A stretch of DNA of 64,000 nucleotides, taken from assembly GCF_964204645.1 (NCBI RefSeq), contig NC_134029.1, forward strand, positions 23,182,950-23,246,949. The letters run 5' to 3'. Below are positions 37,516 to 50,474 of the stretch, piece by piece. The notes under the pieces were generated by a model. That model worked only from the letters and a program-made list of their open reading frames with translations, was not told the origin of the DNA and did not search any database. This stretch comes from Tubulanus polymorphus. Its lineage: Eukaryota > Animalia > Nemertea. The position numbers and the translations under genes were made by a program. Within the stretch, counting starts at the first letter, position 1. The number at the start of each line of letters is the position of its first letter.

Positions 37516-40500
37516 CAGTTTAAAGCCTCATTGTTCCATCAAAATTTAACTTATGAATTTTGTTGAAAGAGGTCGGGGTATAGGAGATCGTTGGCGGGAT
37601 TTGTCTCGAACTGTTGACGGATATTGTTATATAGTAATATTGATTGTGTGACGTAAGTGTGACGTAAGAGTCACGTGATTTTGTAGAGGGAGCGTTGACG
37701 CTACAGAGAAGCGTGTTTGAGATGGAAAAATATAGATATGTTCAATCGAAGTTAATCGTTTGTCCTCTAAGGGTTTAATCCACTCGATACTCGGTACCTG
37801 AAGCAAAAGAGAGAGGAGATCAATACAACAATATATATGGCCATTCACTCATTCACTTACCAAGTAAATTCACTGTCCATTGTGCACAGAGGAGGATTCT
37901 TATTCGATAAGCAAAAGAAGTACTGAAGTCAAGTGAATAATATTCGTTTTTGCACCTTTAGGTTTTTCTTAGGACGTTTGCATTTTTAACATACGTTTGT
38001 ATAACCATTGACTGGGTCAGGTGTAGAATAAATGCTCTTTTCTAACACACGATCAATTACAAAACCCGTTTTCATTATGAATTCACCTGTTGAAGAAAGT
38101 AACTGTCTTCATCGATAATAAAAAAGTGATCAAGCGTTCCGTCAGACGATACTAAAACCTTTGATAGAATTTTGTTTGAATATTCCAACACGAGCCCGAT
38201 TATTTTTGCGCTAGTTTCGCGTATAAAATTTGTTACACGAGTCAATGATCGATCAATCACGACCAGTTGTATACGAGTGAGTGAGGACATTTTTTTCAAG
38301 TTTTACAAATAGTCTTCTTATACAAGTTTACAGTTCATCTCCATACTAAGCACCACTCGAGGTTAGACCAAACCAAACCGATGATAAGTTCGCTGTAAGA
38401 TAAACAGCTTTGATGGATGAAAATCGCGCGTACACTCTCAACGTAAGTTTTCATCGAAAGTAAATAGAAGGAAGGTAGATTTCTTTTTAGACCAAAAAGC
38501 TTTGACAACATTTTTCTCGTGTTCTGGGATAAAGTATGTATATACATTATATACAGCAGCAAATTGCCTACACACATAGTCAACAACTAATTGATTTATC
38601 ATTTCTAATATATGGCCTCGTACACTATATATATTTTAGTTAAACTTTTTTCTCAAGTCTATTATCTATGATTAGTCTCCAGAATTGCGGCTTCCGTCGG
38701 TCAACAACATGGGAGGACAAGAACTGGTTTCAAGAAGAAAACGTAAGGGTTTTTCATTACTTTCTTTGATTGAGGAGAAATGACTTTAGATTTGTTCGAC
38801 CGTTTGTCCGACCATTGATTGGATTGAGTGATTTAACGAATGATTCAATTTTGGCTTTTAAAGAAATGATTATCATTGGGTACTATCACCGTAATTACAC
38901 ATTTATGTATGATATTCCAATTCAAAGCAATATCGTTTGTCAAAGAAGACTGAATCTTAATAAGTTGACTTTCAATTGTTAAAACAGAAACCAAACTAGT
39001 GAGGGATTGGTGGTACCATCGTGTTGAATCTACTAGCAGCAGCAAAAAGAACAAAAGCATCACTTCAAATAAACTGCCTCAAGTCTCCAAACCAAACATT
39101 CACATTCGCAAGTTGCGTCCTTCGTTACAATGGATGGAAGCCATTTACGAGTAAGTGTTTAACCCAAAATTCCGATATTACGCATATTCTCATCTCATAA
39201 ACAGTTTCGAGAGAATAGATTATCTTTTTTTTAACATTTTGGATCAGAATGTAGGATGTGTGGATGGAATATTGATATATAACGAATCTTGTTATACATC
39301 GACGGGGGTATTTTCTAGATGGGTGAATTCTATCGACCATTTGACAGTGCACATGTACAGATGTTTCAAATCTGATTTATTAACAATTTATAAATCAAGT
39401 CAAGCACTATGAGTCGATAAAACCTTCATGTGTTATTACTACTACTGTATGTTGATCTATATAGTGGTAATAGACTCGGAATCAACTGAAATTGACGCAT
39501 CGAGGCAAATTCTTAGAAGTTACAGCATTCGTATAATATATCAGCGCAGTAGGGCGAAAGAAATAGCACCGAGGTTGACCCTCGCTTCAGACGTTTAGGC
39601 GTGGCAGCGTTTTCCCTAAGAAAGCATTTTCTTTACTTCCGGGCCCTCCACGTCCAATTTTCCTGGATCCGCCCTGATCCCCAGATTAAAATGAAATATT
39701 TCTATTGGTTTGATCTCGTTTTGTATATGACTCTCGCAGATTTTAGCGTCAATTTTCAGGCATGAAATCGAACCACGTCCGCAATACGGAAATGAAATAC
39801 AAGTGGCTACCCCGGTTATAGATGGTATTACCTGGAAACAGAGCCACGCTCATCAAACCACTGAAAACACTATGTTTATCAAAGCTAGTCGAACTGCACC
39901 GAATCGACATCATTTCATCAGTCCTGAATGGGTTTCAGAAAATGTCCTACGGAGCAGACTCGGTCGCGGCTTAGTCTATGGTTGGATATGAAGTGAATTA
40001 TTTGATTTTTTTCAATAATATTTGAACATATAAAACGAGTACACGCATTCTTAGATCAAGTGTCTCAGAGGTTCCACGAAAAGGATTAATACATTTTCAT
40101 TAACGTCTCGCGAGGGTTCGAATCTTTTTTGCCAAGTAGAAAACCGTCAATTATACAGTCCATGTCCAGGCGAGTGTTACCGAGTCCAGATATTCGTCAT
40201 CAATGATTCATTCAGTTATTTGTAGAGAGCCTTCTTTTTAAACCCCCACACGATTGTACGGAATTTTCTAAGAAATGAAATCCTCAGTGTGACATGCGCA
40301 AAATTCCTCGCCGAGAAAAAAATAACAAGCGTTGAATATTCGAATTTTTAATAACCAAAATACCTTTTTAATCTTTATTCATCGTTTTCATATACAGACA
40401 AATCAAAAATACGTGCTTTATAAAATCAAATAGAGATATATTAATACGTAGGTATAATGAAATATGATCAGGATCGATCTTTTTAAGGCAGTTTACTCTC

Positions 40501-40643
40501 GACCAAGTCGGCAAAATACTTGGTTAAAAAACATCCCGTTTTCTCGTGGACAGAATTCTTACTACAATCCTCAGACTCAACATTTCTAACCAGTGACTAA
40601 AGGTAAGACAGAATATCATTTGAGCCTTTACTATATTGCGGAC

Positions 40644-40679
<36 letters not shown>

Positions 40680-43600
40680 GATATGAAAGTTATTTCAAAT
40701 TTTTAAAAGCCAACGTTTTTTCAACGGGTTTTTCATCAGATTACAACCGTCTGAATAAACAATTCGCGTCGACGACATCTATGAGTACGGGGGCGCCTAT
40801 TAGAAAATACACCACGTGGATGAAGAATTCATAGCACACACCGGTTTTCTTAGAACAACACCAAGTTTCAGCATTCCTCTCTTTCTCTCGCGTGAAGTTT
40901 TTAAATACTCATTCATTCATCAGAAGCGGAAGCAACACACGCTACTGAATAAATATTAGATTATAAAGTCGTTTGGAAAAACCATAACTGGCATCGTTGG
41001 ATTCAGTTTAATAGTTTTAAATCACTGACAATGCATCAACCGTAGAACTGAGACTAGGATGTTGAGAATACTATTTTCATTTGATTGTCTTATATCTGAT
41101 TAAATCGGCTCTATAACCGATACTTACGTATTCTAAGCCAATGTCATCTTCACCCGTCAAGGATTCAAACTCACTAAGCTAAAGCCGTTCGAGTTCGGGG
41201 GAGCGATACCGGACCCCTGGCAAGCGAGGACGAGCAATTGTATTCGTGGCCATTGTATTTAATAAAATTCAACCAGTGATCGCCTTAGAAAAATAATTTC
41301 AAAAGAATATACTTAGACTAGACATGAAGGAAGATAACATTTAACGGCAAGAAATGATTTAGAAAACGAAGAGCGTTTTACGAGAATCTATGAATGAGAT
41401 ATTCTAGACTAAATAACTATAATGAAATATCCTGCATTGAACAGGTAATGAATAAACTGATGTAGGTATCAATTTGCAGCCCTAAATCGCCCCTCAGATC
41501 TTCACCAGTCCACAATCACCTCTTCAGACATTTACCAGTATTAGTGTTATATCTTGACCAGCAACAATCACGAAGTTATCGAAGTTATGACGATGAAATG
41601 CTTAACGTTAGGTTTTTGTAGTTATACAAGTCCTTAACACACATTGTCTGGACAATTATAAGAATGGTGATACAGTATTGAATGTGTGATGAGGGCAGAC
41701 AGGGCTCAGGTAGCAGATTCATACCTACAGTACTTAACTAATGACTCACGGTCCATTACATTCGATGAAAATCAATTATTGATATCAATATAGAATTGTT
41801 TCATAGCTTTATCACCTCGTTATCGCCTTATGCTATAAAACTAATCTAAGCTATTACAGCCATCATGTGTATATCAGTACCCATTTTGATATCAATCTAC
41901 ATTAAATTTACACATAAAAACACTCATGCATCTGTTTAATTCAGTAATTCGATATTGTACTGTAATATACACTCGCGTGTACTAATTTCACCCTACACAA
42001 ACGGACCCACCATAAATCAAATGCTTCCATATGACCAAATATACGCCAGTTTCAGTATCAAATGCTTTAGGAAGGGCCCTAAAAATTTATGGGATATTTG
42101 TTGAAATATATTTACTGATCCTAAATACATAGAATAAACCGTTCGACTCGGATATCACTACCAAAAAAAGATGTCACTTGAACACAGTTTGAACCCAACT
42201 TAAATTGTTGCGCATTTCCTATAGAAAGTTGCGCCAGTGTTTCACGCGGAAATCAAGTAGCCACATGTTTCGTATTAATTCAATCAATCGATCAACGATC
42301 GCAGCTTGTAACTAAACACATTAGTAATTCATAGAAAATCATGATACATCTCGTTAATGATCGATTAAATGTAACGATATCATCATATAGGCTAGAACAC
42401 ACTGTACACGGAAGTACAATAGCTTCAAATGCTCGTTAATACTGAATAGGGGCGTAATACATAATGTACTTAGGAAAACTTTGACTGGCTTTTAACCTTA
42501 TCTCCTCAATGAACGCAGTTTACATTTGAAGCAGTGGCCGATAATGGTTACGTACACACACTATGAATGGCCCCTCTATAGGGACAGGTATCGACGTGAA
42601 TTATCCAACGGTAGTTTCATCTCATGTAACACGAGCCGAAATAGGCTAAAATAACAATGAAATATTTCTCTGCGTTAATATGTACTACTTTTTTCAATCT
42701 ACCACAATCAACATCACGATTAACATCGCTAACTATTGATACATTACGGCAAGTCGGGTTCGCGTACATTTCATATTAACTTAATCGAATAGAAAACTGT
42801 CTGAAAAAACTGTCACAACAACCGCGCAGGCACTGTAGATATCTGGCAAATATTATAGCACCAATTATGAGAAACAGCAGTTACTCTGGCAAGTGAGGAT
42901 TTGACCGATCCTTTTAAACTATTAAAAGTGCATAGTTCAAGTTACTTTTCCTTCATTTGACCAAACGACGAAATGTCAAGTACTCGTCAAGTACACATTT
43001 CGGATATGAGCTAGATTCAGGTTTCAATTCGTATTACTAAGTACATTATACTTCCGTCCTCGATCATATTTATCAGTTTCTAATATTTGAGATCAACGAT
43101 TAAATATTTCACACATTCAGAGATTATCAAACATAAAACGTACTGATATTGAGCGGTATCTGAGAGTAGCGCGGATAAACGGACAATACGTCAATATTTA
43201 CTTCAATATTTACTTCACTGTCGTTTCTGTAATAAAAGAAACGTTTCAAAACCGGGACTATGGAAAATGCAAGCAGAAAAGGTTTAAGGCAGTGTTGACA
43301 TGACAGGCCTATACATGAATACAAATATGCATCCATGACATTTGGACAAATATTGTCAAGATTTTCTTTCAGATAAACACACATCAAAGAGATTAACATC
43401 GACAATAAGATACCGGCGCTCACCAGATGGTTTAAACGGGAACATTCTCTCTCACGCGTCTCCCTGGTTTTATATCATTCTTAATCAAATTTCAACTGGA
43501 TTCTTTGGAATCCTAACATCATCGAATGAGATATTACCATCAATTTATTTTTCTACTCTGTATTTCATATCATTTTCACTGAAAATTGATTTACTCGTAC

Positions 43601-43800
43601 ACGTTCCGTTGGTTCCATGTGGCATTACAGAAATAGAGAATGCCCCGCTTTATCCCGATCACGTTTATGAATGATCTGATCTCTGCTGGATATCATTTAT
43701 TGGTCACCTTGTAAAATATGATGTTCAATCCAGATTTCTGATTAACTGGACGACTATAATTGGTCCTAAATGATTTGGCTAAAATTGGGTATTTGTTATA

Positions 43801-43961
43801 CAGTGGAACCTCGTTACAACGAACTTCAGGGGACCAGAAAATCAGTCCGCTATAACCGATAGTTCGTTATATCTAGTATAAAATCATTGAAATCGTCCTA
43901 TTTAGAGATCGAAATTCTAAGTTCGTATTAAATGCTGAATCATTATACCGAGGTTCCGCTG
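43801..43961. mobile_element. Tc1/mariner (pogo/Tigger-type) MITE
   Basis: TA|CAGTGGAACCTCG ... CGAGGTTCCGCTG|TA, with internal GTTATA/TATAAC sub-repeats; about 90 nt past the CHSY1 stop. Confidence 0.8.
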
Positions 43962-44054
43962 TAATAGATATTGTAATACATCATGGTTCAATACTTTCTG
44001 AAAGACAGCGCAAAATCTTGTGATAATACGTAACGACACTAAAGACTACTCGTA

Positions 44055-47000
44055 TCATCTTTTGTCTTCTTCTTGATCGATCATTCTTATCAAATCTGCC
44101 ACTGACGCGAGACTGGCTGTTTTCGACCCGATACACATGTCGTGCTGACTTTTCGACAAGTTTTTATCACAGAAAACTGGATGGAAGATGTGAATCATGC
44201 CGGGGTCCGGCGCCCGGAATACTCGCAAACTACTCAACAATGTCCGGTCGAATATATCGACGTCTTCGAGTCCCCAACCTTTAATCGACGTGTTGAATCC
44301 GCCGACGAGCGTCAAATCGCTTTTATAAATACTCGCGATGCCGTAGCCGAATATTCTCCAGTAGCCGCGCCACGACGCGAAGTTAAACGGATCGTCGGAA
44401 CAATCGCGCGATTTACAAACGATTTCCGGATCGTACTGACTGAATACGATCGGGTAATAAACCTGTTTCGTTCGTATCGTGTGTTGACGAACTCGCGTCA
44501 ACGCGTCGCGCGATAAATAGATGTCGACGTCGACGAAAAATAACAGATCGGAATCGCGACGTTTCCTGGCGCCGGCTTCGAGCGCGATCGATCGCGAGAA
44601 CACTCCGTCCATTCGATGAACGACGATCTCCGCCGACGGATATTCCGACCTCGCGCGATCAACCAAATCGATTATCCGCGACGCTTCCGACGAGCCGTTG
44701 GTCGTCCGCTGAAACAGCATCACCGAAAGCGTCACCGGTTGGTCGCCTGGAGACGATAGGAACGTCGTCGCGAAATTGCGCAAGAAACGCGAGAACGTCT
44801 CCACGCGACCTTGAATCGGAAGTATCAAATGCACGGTAGCCGCTCTCGTGGAACTCGAGCAAACTTGAACGTGTTTTCGTTTCGATGCCGGGTTTCTTAA
44901 CTTTCCTTTTCGAATACGACTCGGTTTGTTGTTGTTCTCAGCGTTTTCGCGACCGCCGCGACGAGAAGCGTCGTATTCGTCGACTGCGCGGAATGAAATC
45001 TCCAGATCGGCGAACGTCTGATGTACGTACGTATGTCGACGTACGTCCAACTTCTTACGATTTCCGGTGAACTTTTTATACAGCAACAACAAATCGAATA
45101 TATAATCGACTCCGTGGACCGGGTCGACGCGGTGGTATCCGTATAGGATATCTTTATAATCGATCGTGCGTCCTTTCTGTTGAGAATTACCGTTGATCAA
45201 TTTCATCACCTGAATGATCACTTTATGTAACGCGTTATGAAATGATTTATCGACACCGCGACGCGGGTTTAAATCGGTCGCCGAATAGTAATGCCGGTGC
45301 AGGAAATTCCACGTCAGGACTTCGTCGGCGCTGCGAGGTTTGAATTTTCGTAATGAAATGGCTAGATTGGAATCGGTCTCGCCGACGGGACGCTCGTTTA
45401 AATACCACTGCATTCGATTGATATCTCGTCGCAGTAGCTTCAAGTCGTGTCGTCGATCAGTGTTTTCTAACGATAAGAAATGATTATACATGCGATAAAG
45501 ATGTCGGTGATCTTTCACCGGGTGCATCGTGATCGCTTTGTACATTTCGTGTAGTTTCCCGACGCGACCGAACGAACCCTGAGGATCCTCGTGATTCTGA
45601 TAGAATAATGACTGCATCTGAAAATAAAAATAAAGATATAAAACTGGTTATTTTCGTGTGAAAGAAAATGTTTCAATGGCCAGATGCTGAAAGGCTGTTC
45701 ATAGTGATCTAGTGAATTACTGCTGTGAAACTGCATAGTTTCTCTGGTATTTATCAGGACTCAGTTGCTCAAAAAGAGGGTCCGATCTAAGGAATGAAAG
45801 CCACTTGCCCGGGGGGGAGGGGGGGGGCAAGCATATCTGAAATTTTGCTTCCCCCTCCAAGAGCTACTTGTCCTACAGAGACAGTCTAATTGGTGGCACT
45901 ATGATTCCTTTTCTGAAAAATCTTCCATTTTAACGCGAAAACGAAATGCGTTAAGAAATCCGTTGTATCGAATGGGAAAAAAAGCTTTGTGACATAAAAT
46001 TGCACTAGCCCGGGGGACAAGTGATAATGATAACCTACTTGCCCTGATGAGAATATACTTGTCCCGGGCAATCAGACAAGTGCTTAGATCGGACCCTGCA
46101 AAAGTTGGTTAAAGTTGTTGGACAAATACCATCTTCATAGTCACTATTTCTAATATCCAATATTTTTCTAACTTTAACCAACTTTTGAGAGAATGTACCC
46201 AGGTCCTGGACACAGTTCTAAGATTTAATTCTGGTGGTGGTAAAACATCACAAAAAAATCATAGAAGGTCTTGAGGAGGCGGGCGGGTATGTCCTACCAG
46301 ATACAAAGTGTCAACGATGGATAAGACAAATCTGAGAAGTGATAAGTAGTGTTAATAATTGGCCATATTTTCTAACCGACCATGAGCAGAAATTTAAGAA
46401 TGGGCCAAGGCCAGGTAAAAGTTGAAATGTTGCCTAGTAGAAGCATTTTGACACAAATTCGAGTTGAAAAGGGCAGTTTAGCACAGTTTGCAGCTGATAT
46501 CTACATTTACTGTGGGAACAGCTGAATCAGTTTATATAAACAGAATAGCCAGGTCAGGTAAAGTCTGCAGTGTTACCCGTTTTCCCTGTTATACTAAACT
46601 AAAACTACTACTAAAACGAATACAAGGTTTGAGAGCACTGAACAACACTCAACCCCAGCAGCATTATCAATCAGCTGAAACAGTTAGAATAAATACATTC
46701 TGACTCTATAAACAAAACCTACTCAAAGTAACTACTTGTACATATAAGGGTGAATAAAAAGTTCTAAATTCCCAAGAAAAGGAAAAGAAAGGATTCTGTA
46801 GAATCCGGGGGGGGGGGGGGGGGCTTAGCAAGCCCCTCAAAACTTCCAAGTGTCTTTAAAGGTACTTTTTTCAAAGAGGACATAATTTTTTTTTTTTTTT
46901 TTAAAGTAATTTCCGTAAACAAAGGCGCAATTTTGTCAGAAATTCTTCGAAACTGCCAGAGTACTTTTTTCTTGATAATTAGCCCTAATATTACTATCAG

Positions 47001-47874
47001 ATCCATGCCCGGACACCCGCAAATTTCCGTAACTCACCTCAAACGCCCACGGACACTGAACCCCGGCAAACTTGCGAACGCATCTCCCGATTTCCACATC
47101 TTCGTGTTTCGTGTACAAATGTTTCAAACAATAGTTAATATGAGGAACGATTCGTTTGAGGGTCTCGCGACTGAAAACGATCGCCGTGCCGCCCATACAA
47201 TAATTCTCATCGTAACGCAACACGAGATTCTTCCCGCCGACGCCTTTACCGGCCTGTCCGATATACAACGGCTTCGAACTATTCAACGACCGTAAAAACG
47301 TCGCCAGTCGTTTACCGTGAATAAAAACGTCGTCGTCGCTGCGTACGAACCATTCGAATCGATCGATGTAATTATCGTGCAAATATTTCAACATCAAAAA
47401 TGATTTTTTCTGCGGCGGGTACGTGTCGTCGACCCCTCGTAGATTAATCACCGGGGGTAGACCGGACGTCGCTGACCCGTTACCCGTATCGGCGCTCGAA
47501 AAAAACTTCACCTCGCCGTCGATTGTTTTCGCCCACGTGTTCTGAACGGCGACCGCGCGAGTTCCCAGGTATTTATTCGCGGTCATCACGCCGACTAAAA
47601 TAAATTTCTCATCGTTTTTTTTTCTCGCCGCCGCCGTCAACGTGGTTTCCGCGGAGTCGGTAGTTGTCCTAATTACCGATGACGATGATGATGACACGCG
47701 TGGATCGAATTTATCTTTTTTATAAACGCACCGCGGTGGATATTTGCCGGCGTTGTGGTATCTTTTTACAAGGAAATAACCGATGAAAATACCGACTAGC
47801 AACAAAACAATCGACCTGTATCTCGACCAGCTGTACCTCGACCATTTACGCAAATTGTGTCCTATTTTTCTCAT
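44055..47874 (-). CDS. CHSY1: Chondroitin sulfate synthase 1 (type II Golgi glycosyltransferase; fringe-like GT domain + CHGN/GT7 domain), 799 aa
   Basis: Two exons, 47874-47038 (donor GAG|GTGAGT) and 45617-44055 (acceptor TTTTCAG|ATG), phase 0. N-terminal TM IVLLLVGIFIGYFLV. Motifs [99 protein letters not shown] are typical of CHSY1/3 (Drosophila Chsy, C. elegans sqv-5). Confidence 0.95.
45777..46098. mobile_element. hAT-like MITE nested inside another MITE in the CHSY1 intron
   Basis: Perfect 14-bp TIR AGGGTCCGATCTAAG / CTTAGATCGGACCCT; it splits the left TIR of an outer element (about 45757-46200). Confidence 0.75.
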
Positions 47875-50474
47875 ATTCCGTGTTTTTATTCAGAGCACTA
47901 AAACAGCTCTCTCTCAACCACTCACTGTATCTATTACAACGCTAACTCTTCGTGCAGTTCATAAATTTTCAGACTTTTTTTGTTCTTCTTCATTTGAACG
48001 ATGAATGAATCATTGAGCGAACAATTTCATTACTCCGACTAACACCGCTGTCTCCCATTTAACGAGAATCCACAAATTTTTCTGATGAAATTCTTTAACA
48101 TGTGAAACTGAAATAAGTGAATTTTTCAGTTTTTCTTTTGCACAATAATTTCTCGGGTCACATTCAGTCGTCGAAGCTTCAACAACGTTAACAGTCAACA
48201 ATATCTGCAGCTTAAAGTCACGCACACTCACACAGTTCTGCGAGCTGATTATCCATTCATGATTGTCGTCAGTCAAAGATTAACTCCAAATACTATCCTA
48301 CAATCGCCCGATCCATCGGCCTTTCTCTTCAGCGAAACCATCAGGCTTAATCATCAGGTTGAAAAGGCCAGCCTATACTAACTCTTCACTTTCTTCGACT
48401 TCGCAGGTTTCCTCAGTTTGAATGTTCACTTAGATGTCATTGCGGTTTAACACAGACGCGCGCGCGCCGCTCGCCACGTATTTCAAACAGTTCTGTCACT
48501 TCTCACGCTTCATTAACCGCGACACATGGAGTCCATGTGAACTTTAAAACTTCTCTATTCTTCACTTCACTTCCGCGTTCATTGACTACAGGAAGTGACG
48601 TAACGAGACAGACTGGGGCTCCAGAGAAAATACAATACGGGTAAAAATGGTTTGGGTTGACTCCGGATTGGTCCGCCGCTGAACACACGAGAGATACTGA
48701 AGATATTCTGATCACGGCCCGGATTTCACCCAGTCCTGTAGTGTGGCTAACTCCACAATGATCTCCGTCGCTCTACAATCCTAGTGTACATCAGACAGTC
48801 ACACTAAGGTTCTTGGTGAAGGCCGGGATGTGAGAATGATATTCTGATCATCGGGATAATTCCCGGCTCACATCGGAAGTCACTTAATCCCGCACAGAGA
48901 ATGAAAAATCGGAACTGCTCAGATCTAATCCTCACTAGTCCTCATGACTTTGAGACATAATTTACATTTTGAAGTATTCCTGAAAATGACCATTATTATT
49001 GAAATTATAAATACACACAGTAATTATTTCCGGCGGGGTTGTAATGTCAGCTCTCGGGTGAGCGCAGGCCAGTACGCATGCAACTTCGATCAGGTCCACG
49101 GTCGGTAATACGGTTATATAAGCTTACTGAGGACACTGCAAGCAGGGCCCAGGGACCCGTAGTTGAAGTTTGGGGGATGAATAGGCAGTAAAATGAAATC
49201 TTTTTATACAGAGTTGCTAGGATATCGGATGACGTTAAGCTATCCCCAAACTGGTTGAACGTAGGGCACGTCTACCGGTCGCAAAAATCACGTGCCCTTT
49301 TTTATTGTTTTCATCCTCAAAGTAGAAAAGGGTACGAGAGGAGAAAATTACAAACAAAACGGCGCATTCAGTTGTCCCAATCCTGGAACACAAAAAAAAC
49401 AACAAAAATGGCCTATCGTCGTCTCTATTCATCCCAAAAGTAGAAAAGGGCACCTACAAGTCATGCCAGGCTCTTTCAGTTGTCCATCAATTCGGAAAAA
49501 AGTGCAGGTAAGTCAATTTTCTAGAAAGCACTTTGCACCAGTGACTTCATTTTCATTGGTTGGAAATTGCACCAAAAAGCGGTAAATTATCATAAATTTT
49601 GGTGGTAGGGCCTGACCGTTTGTGGATTAAACCATAGAACTATTATTCCGTTATAGTTCTATGATTAAACCCGTAGTTCCGCTACCCTCCCAGGGCTAGC
49701 GGTCCCTGGAGTTCACCCCGGCGTGACTCATCTCTAAAACAGCGGCGCCGCAGCGCAATTAAGTTGTCGAGACTCATCTAACTTAGTCTTCATGTCTCAC
49801 GTTTAGTTCTTTTAGTTTTTTCTTGCGGATTTGCTATGAGAAAAACGCCATAAGTCGGTGAAAAATTATCCCGCAAAGAAGACTAAAAAAGATGTTTCTA
49901 ATAGTATGTCCCCATGGCAGAGAGAGAAAAGACGATCGATAAAGTTAAAAGTTATTTTTCCAAAAATATCCGACAAAATATGTAAAATATGAACCCAGCA
50001 GGCATTTATTACTGATATGATATGATTTCAATGGTTAAAATCGATATGGAATAAATAAATATGTTATATTTAATTTCATCTCGGTTGATCTCGGTTCATC
50101 TCGGTAAAATACATCATATCGGTAATAAGGATGACCGTCGAGTAAACTGCGGCACGCGAGAGTTTCTTCGTCTTCTCTATTTCCGCTTATCGCGTGTCGC
50201 AGTTACCCCATAAACATGGCGGACGGCCTGACAATGTTTTAGATCAAATTTTCCCGAGCTTTTTCAGCGGAATACTCGATCGTACGTGGATAATGTGCAT
50301 AAACAATCCTGTAATCTGTTAAAGAGATAATCGAAGAATGTATTGATCAATATATTTGACGACCAGTTTCGTTAATTCGTAAGGAATTCCGTGAAAACAT
50401 AGCTTTCTCGACCGGGCCATTTTGGACTGGTTGTCGGTGTATATCTCCCTGTACTGAGAAACGACGATCTCGTC
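47875..50474. promoter_or_regulatory. Divergent CHSY1/RPRD2 upstream region with housekeeping-type motifs
   Basis: ETS/CRE-like GGAAGTGACGT (48591), CGGAAGT (48874), YY1-like AACATGGCGG (50213), GC-rich GCGCGCGC (about 48458). Motif matches only; transcription starts are not located. Confidence 0.45.

Noticed and set aside
44142-45070. Overlapping ORFs within CHSY1 (also 46933-47295, 57406-58971, 61944-62219, 28868-29268)
   Set aside because: Shadow frames of GC-rich real exons, with no independent signals.
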